Positions 63,871 to 64,000 of a DNA stretch of 64,000 nucleotides are shown piece after piece. The stretch is from Callorhinchus milii (Eukaryota). Location of the stretch: contig NW_024704743.1 in assembly GCF_018977255.1 (NCBI RefSeq), positions 97,714,001 through 97,778,000 on the forward strand. Direction: 5' to 3'. The notes under the pieces were generated by a model, which saw only the letters and a program-made list of their open reading frames with translations, searched no databases and was not told the DNA's origin. A program made the translations under genes and the position numbers. Position 1 is the first letter of the stretch, and each line of letters opens with the position of its first letter.

Positions 63871-64000
63871 GATAATAGTAATAATAATCCTTGCATTTGT
63901 TATAACGCCTTATGGTGTCTTTTTGAGCCACCTAAAATCGTTTCACAGAATATACTATAAAATGTCAAAGGCTGTGTATTTTGTGAGCCAAACACGACAG
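63871..64000 (-). mobile_element. SINE 3' end running off the window
   Basis: (AAT)n ccttgcatttg...cacagaatatact...tgtgtattttgtg. Confidence 0.8.

Overview
AT-rich vertebrate genomic DNA. The repeat content (Deu-domain tRNA-SINEs, L2 and CR1 LINEs, a shark-type Penelope-like remnant) suggests a cartilaginous fish, which is an inference. The window holds the 5' part of one gene, EFR3A, on the minus strand. Its CpG-rich promoter lies at about 58.7-59.75 kb, followed by a 10-nt start exon (MPAG) and six internal coding exons (30955 down to 9106) that splice in frame through canonical GT-AG sites to give about 258 N-terminal codons. I did not find exon 8, so the gene probably continues off the low-coordinate end. 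The rest is intron or upstream DNA packed with 5'-truncated L2 copies, two related SINE families sharing the L2 3' stem-loop tail, CR1 3' ends and small Tc1/mariner-type MITEs. The best leads are a candidate alternative first coding exon (34616-34706) that would add 30 residues and an extra Cys next to the palmitoylation cluster, a complex 5' UTR with uORFs, a 71-nt intronic hairpin, a SINE head-swap junction and dated nested insertions. I see no convincing new biological system. Repeat boundaries are by-eye estimates.
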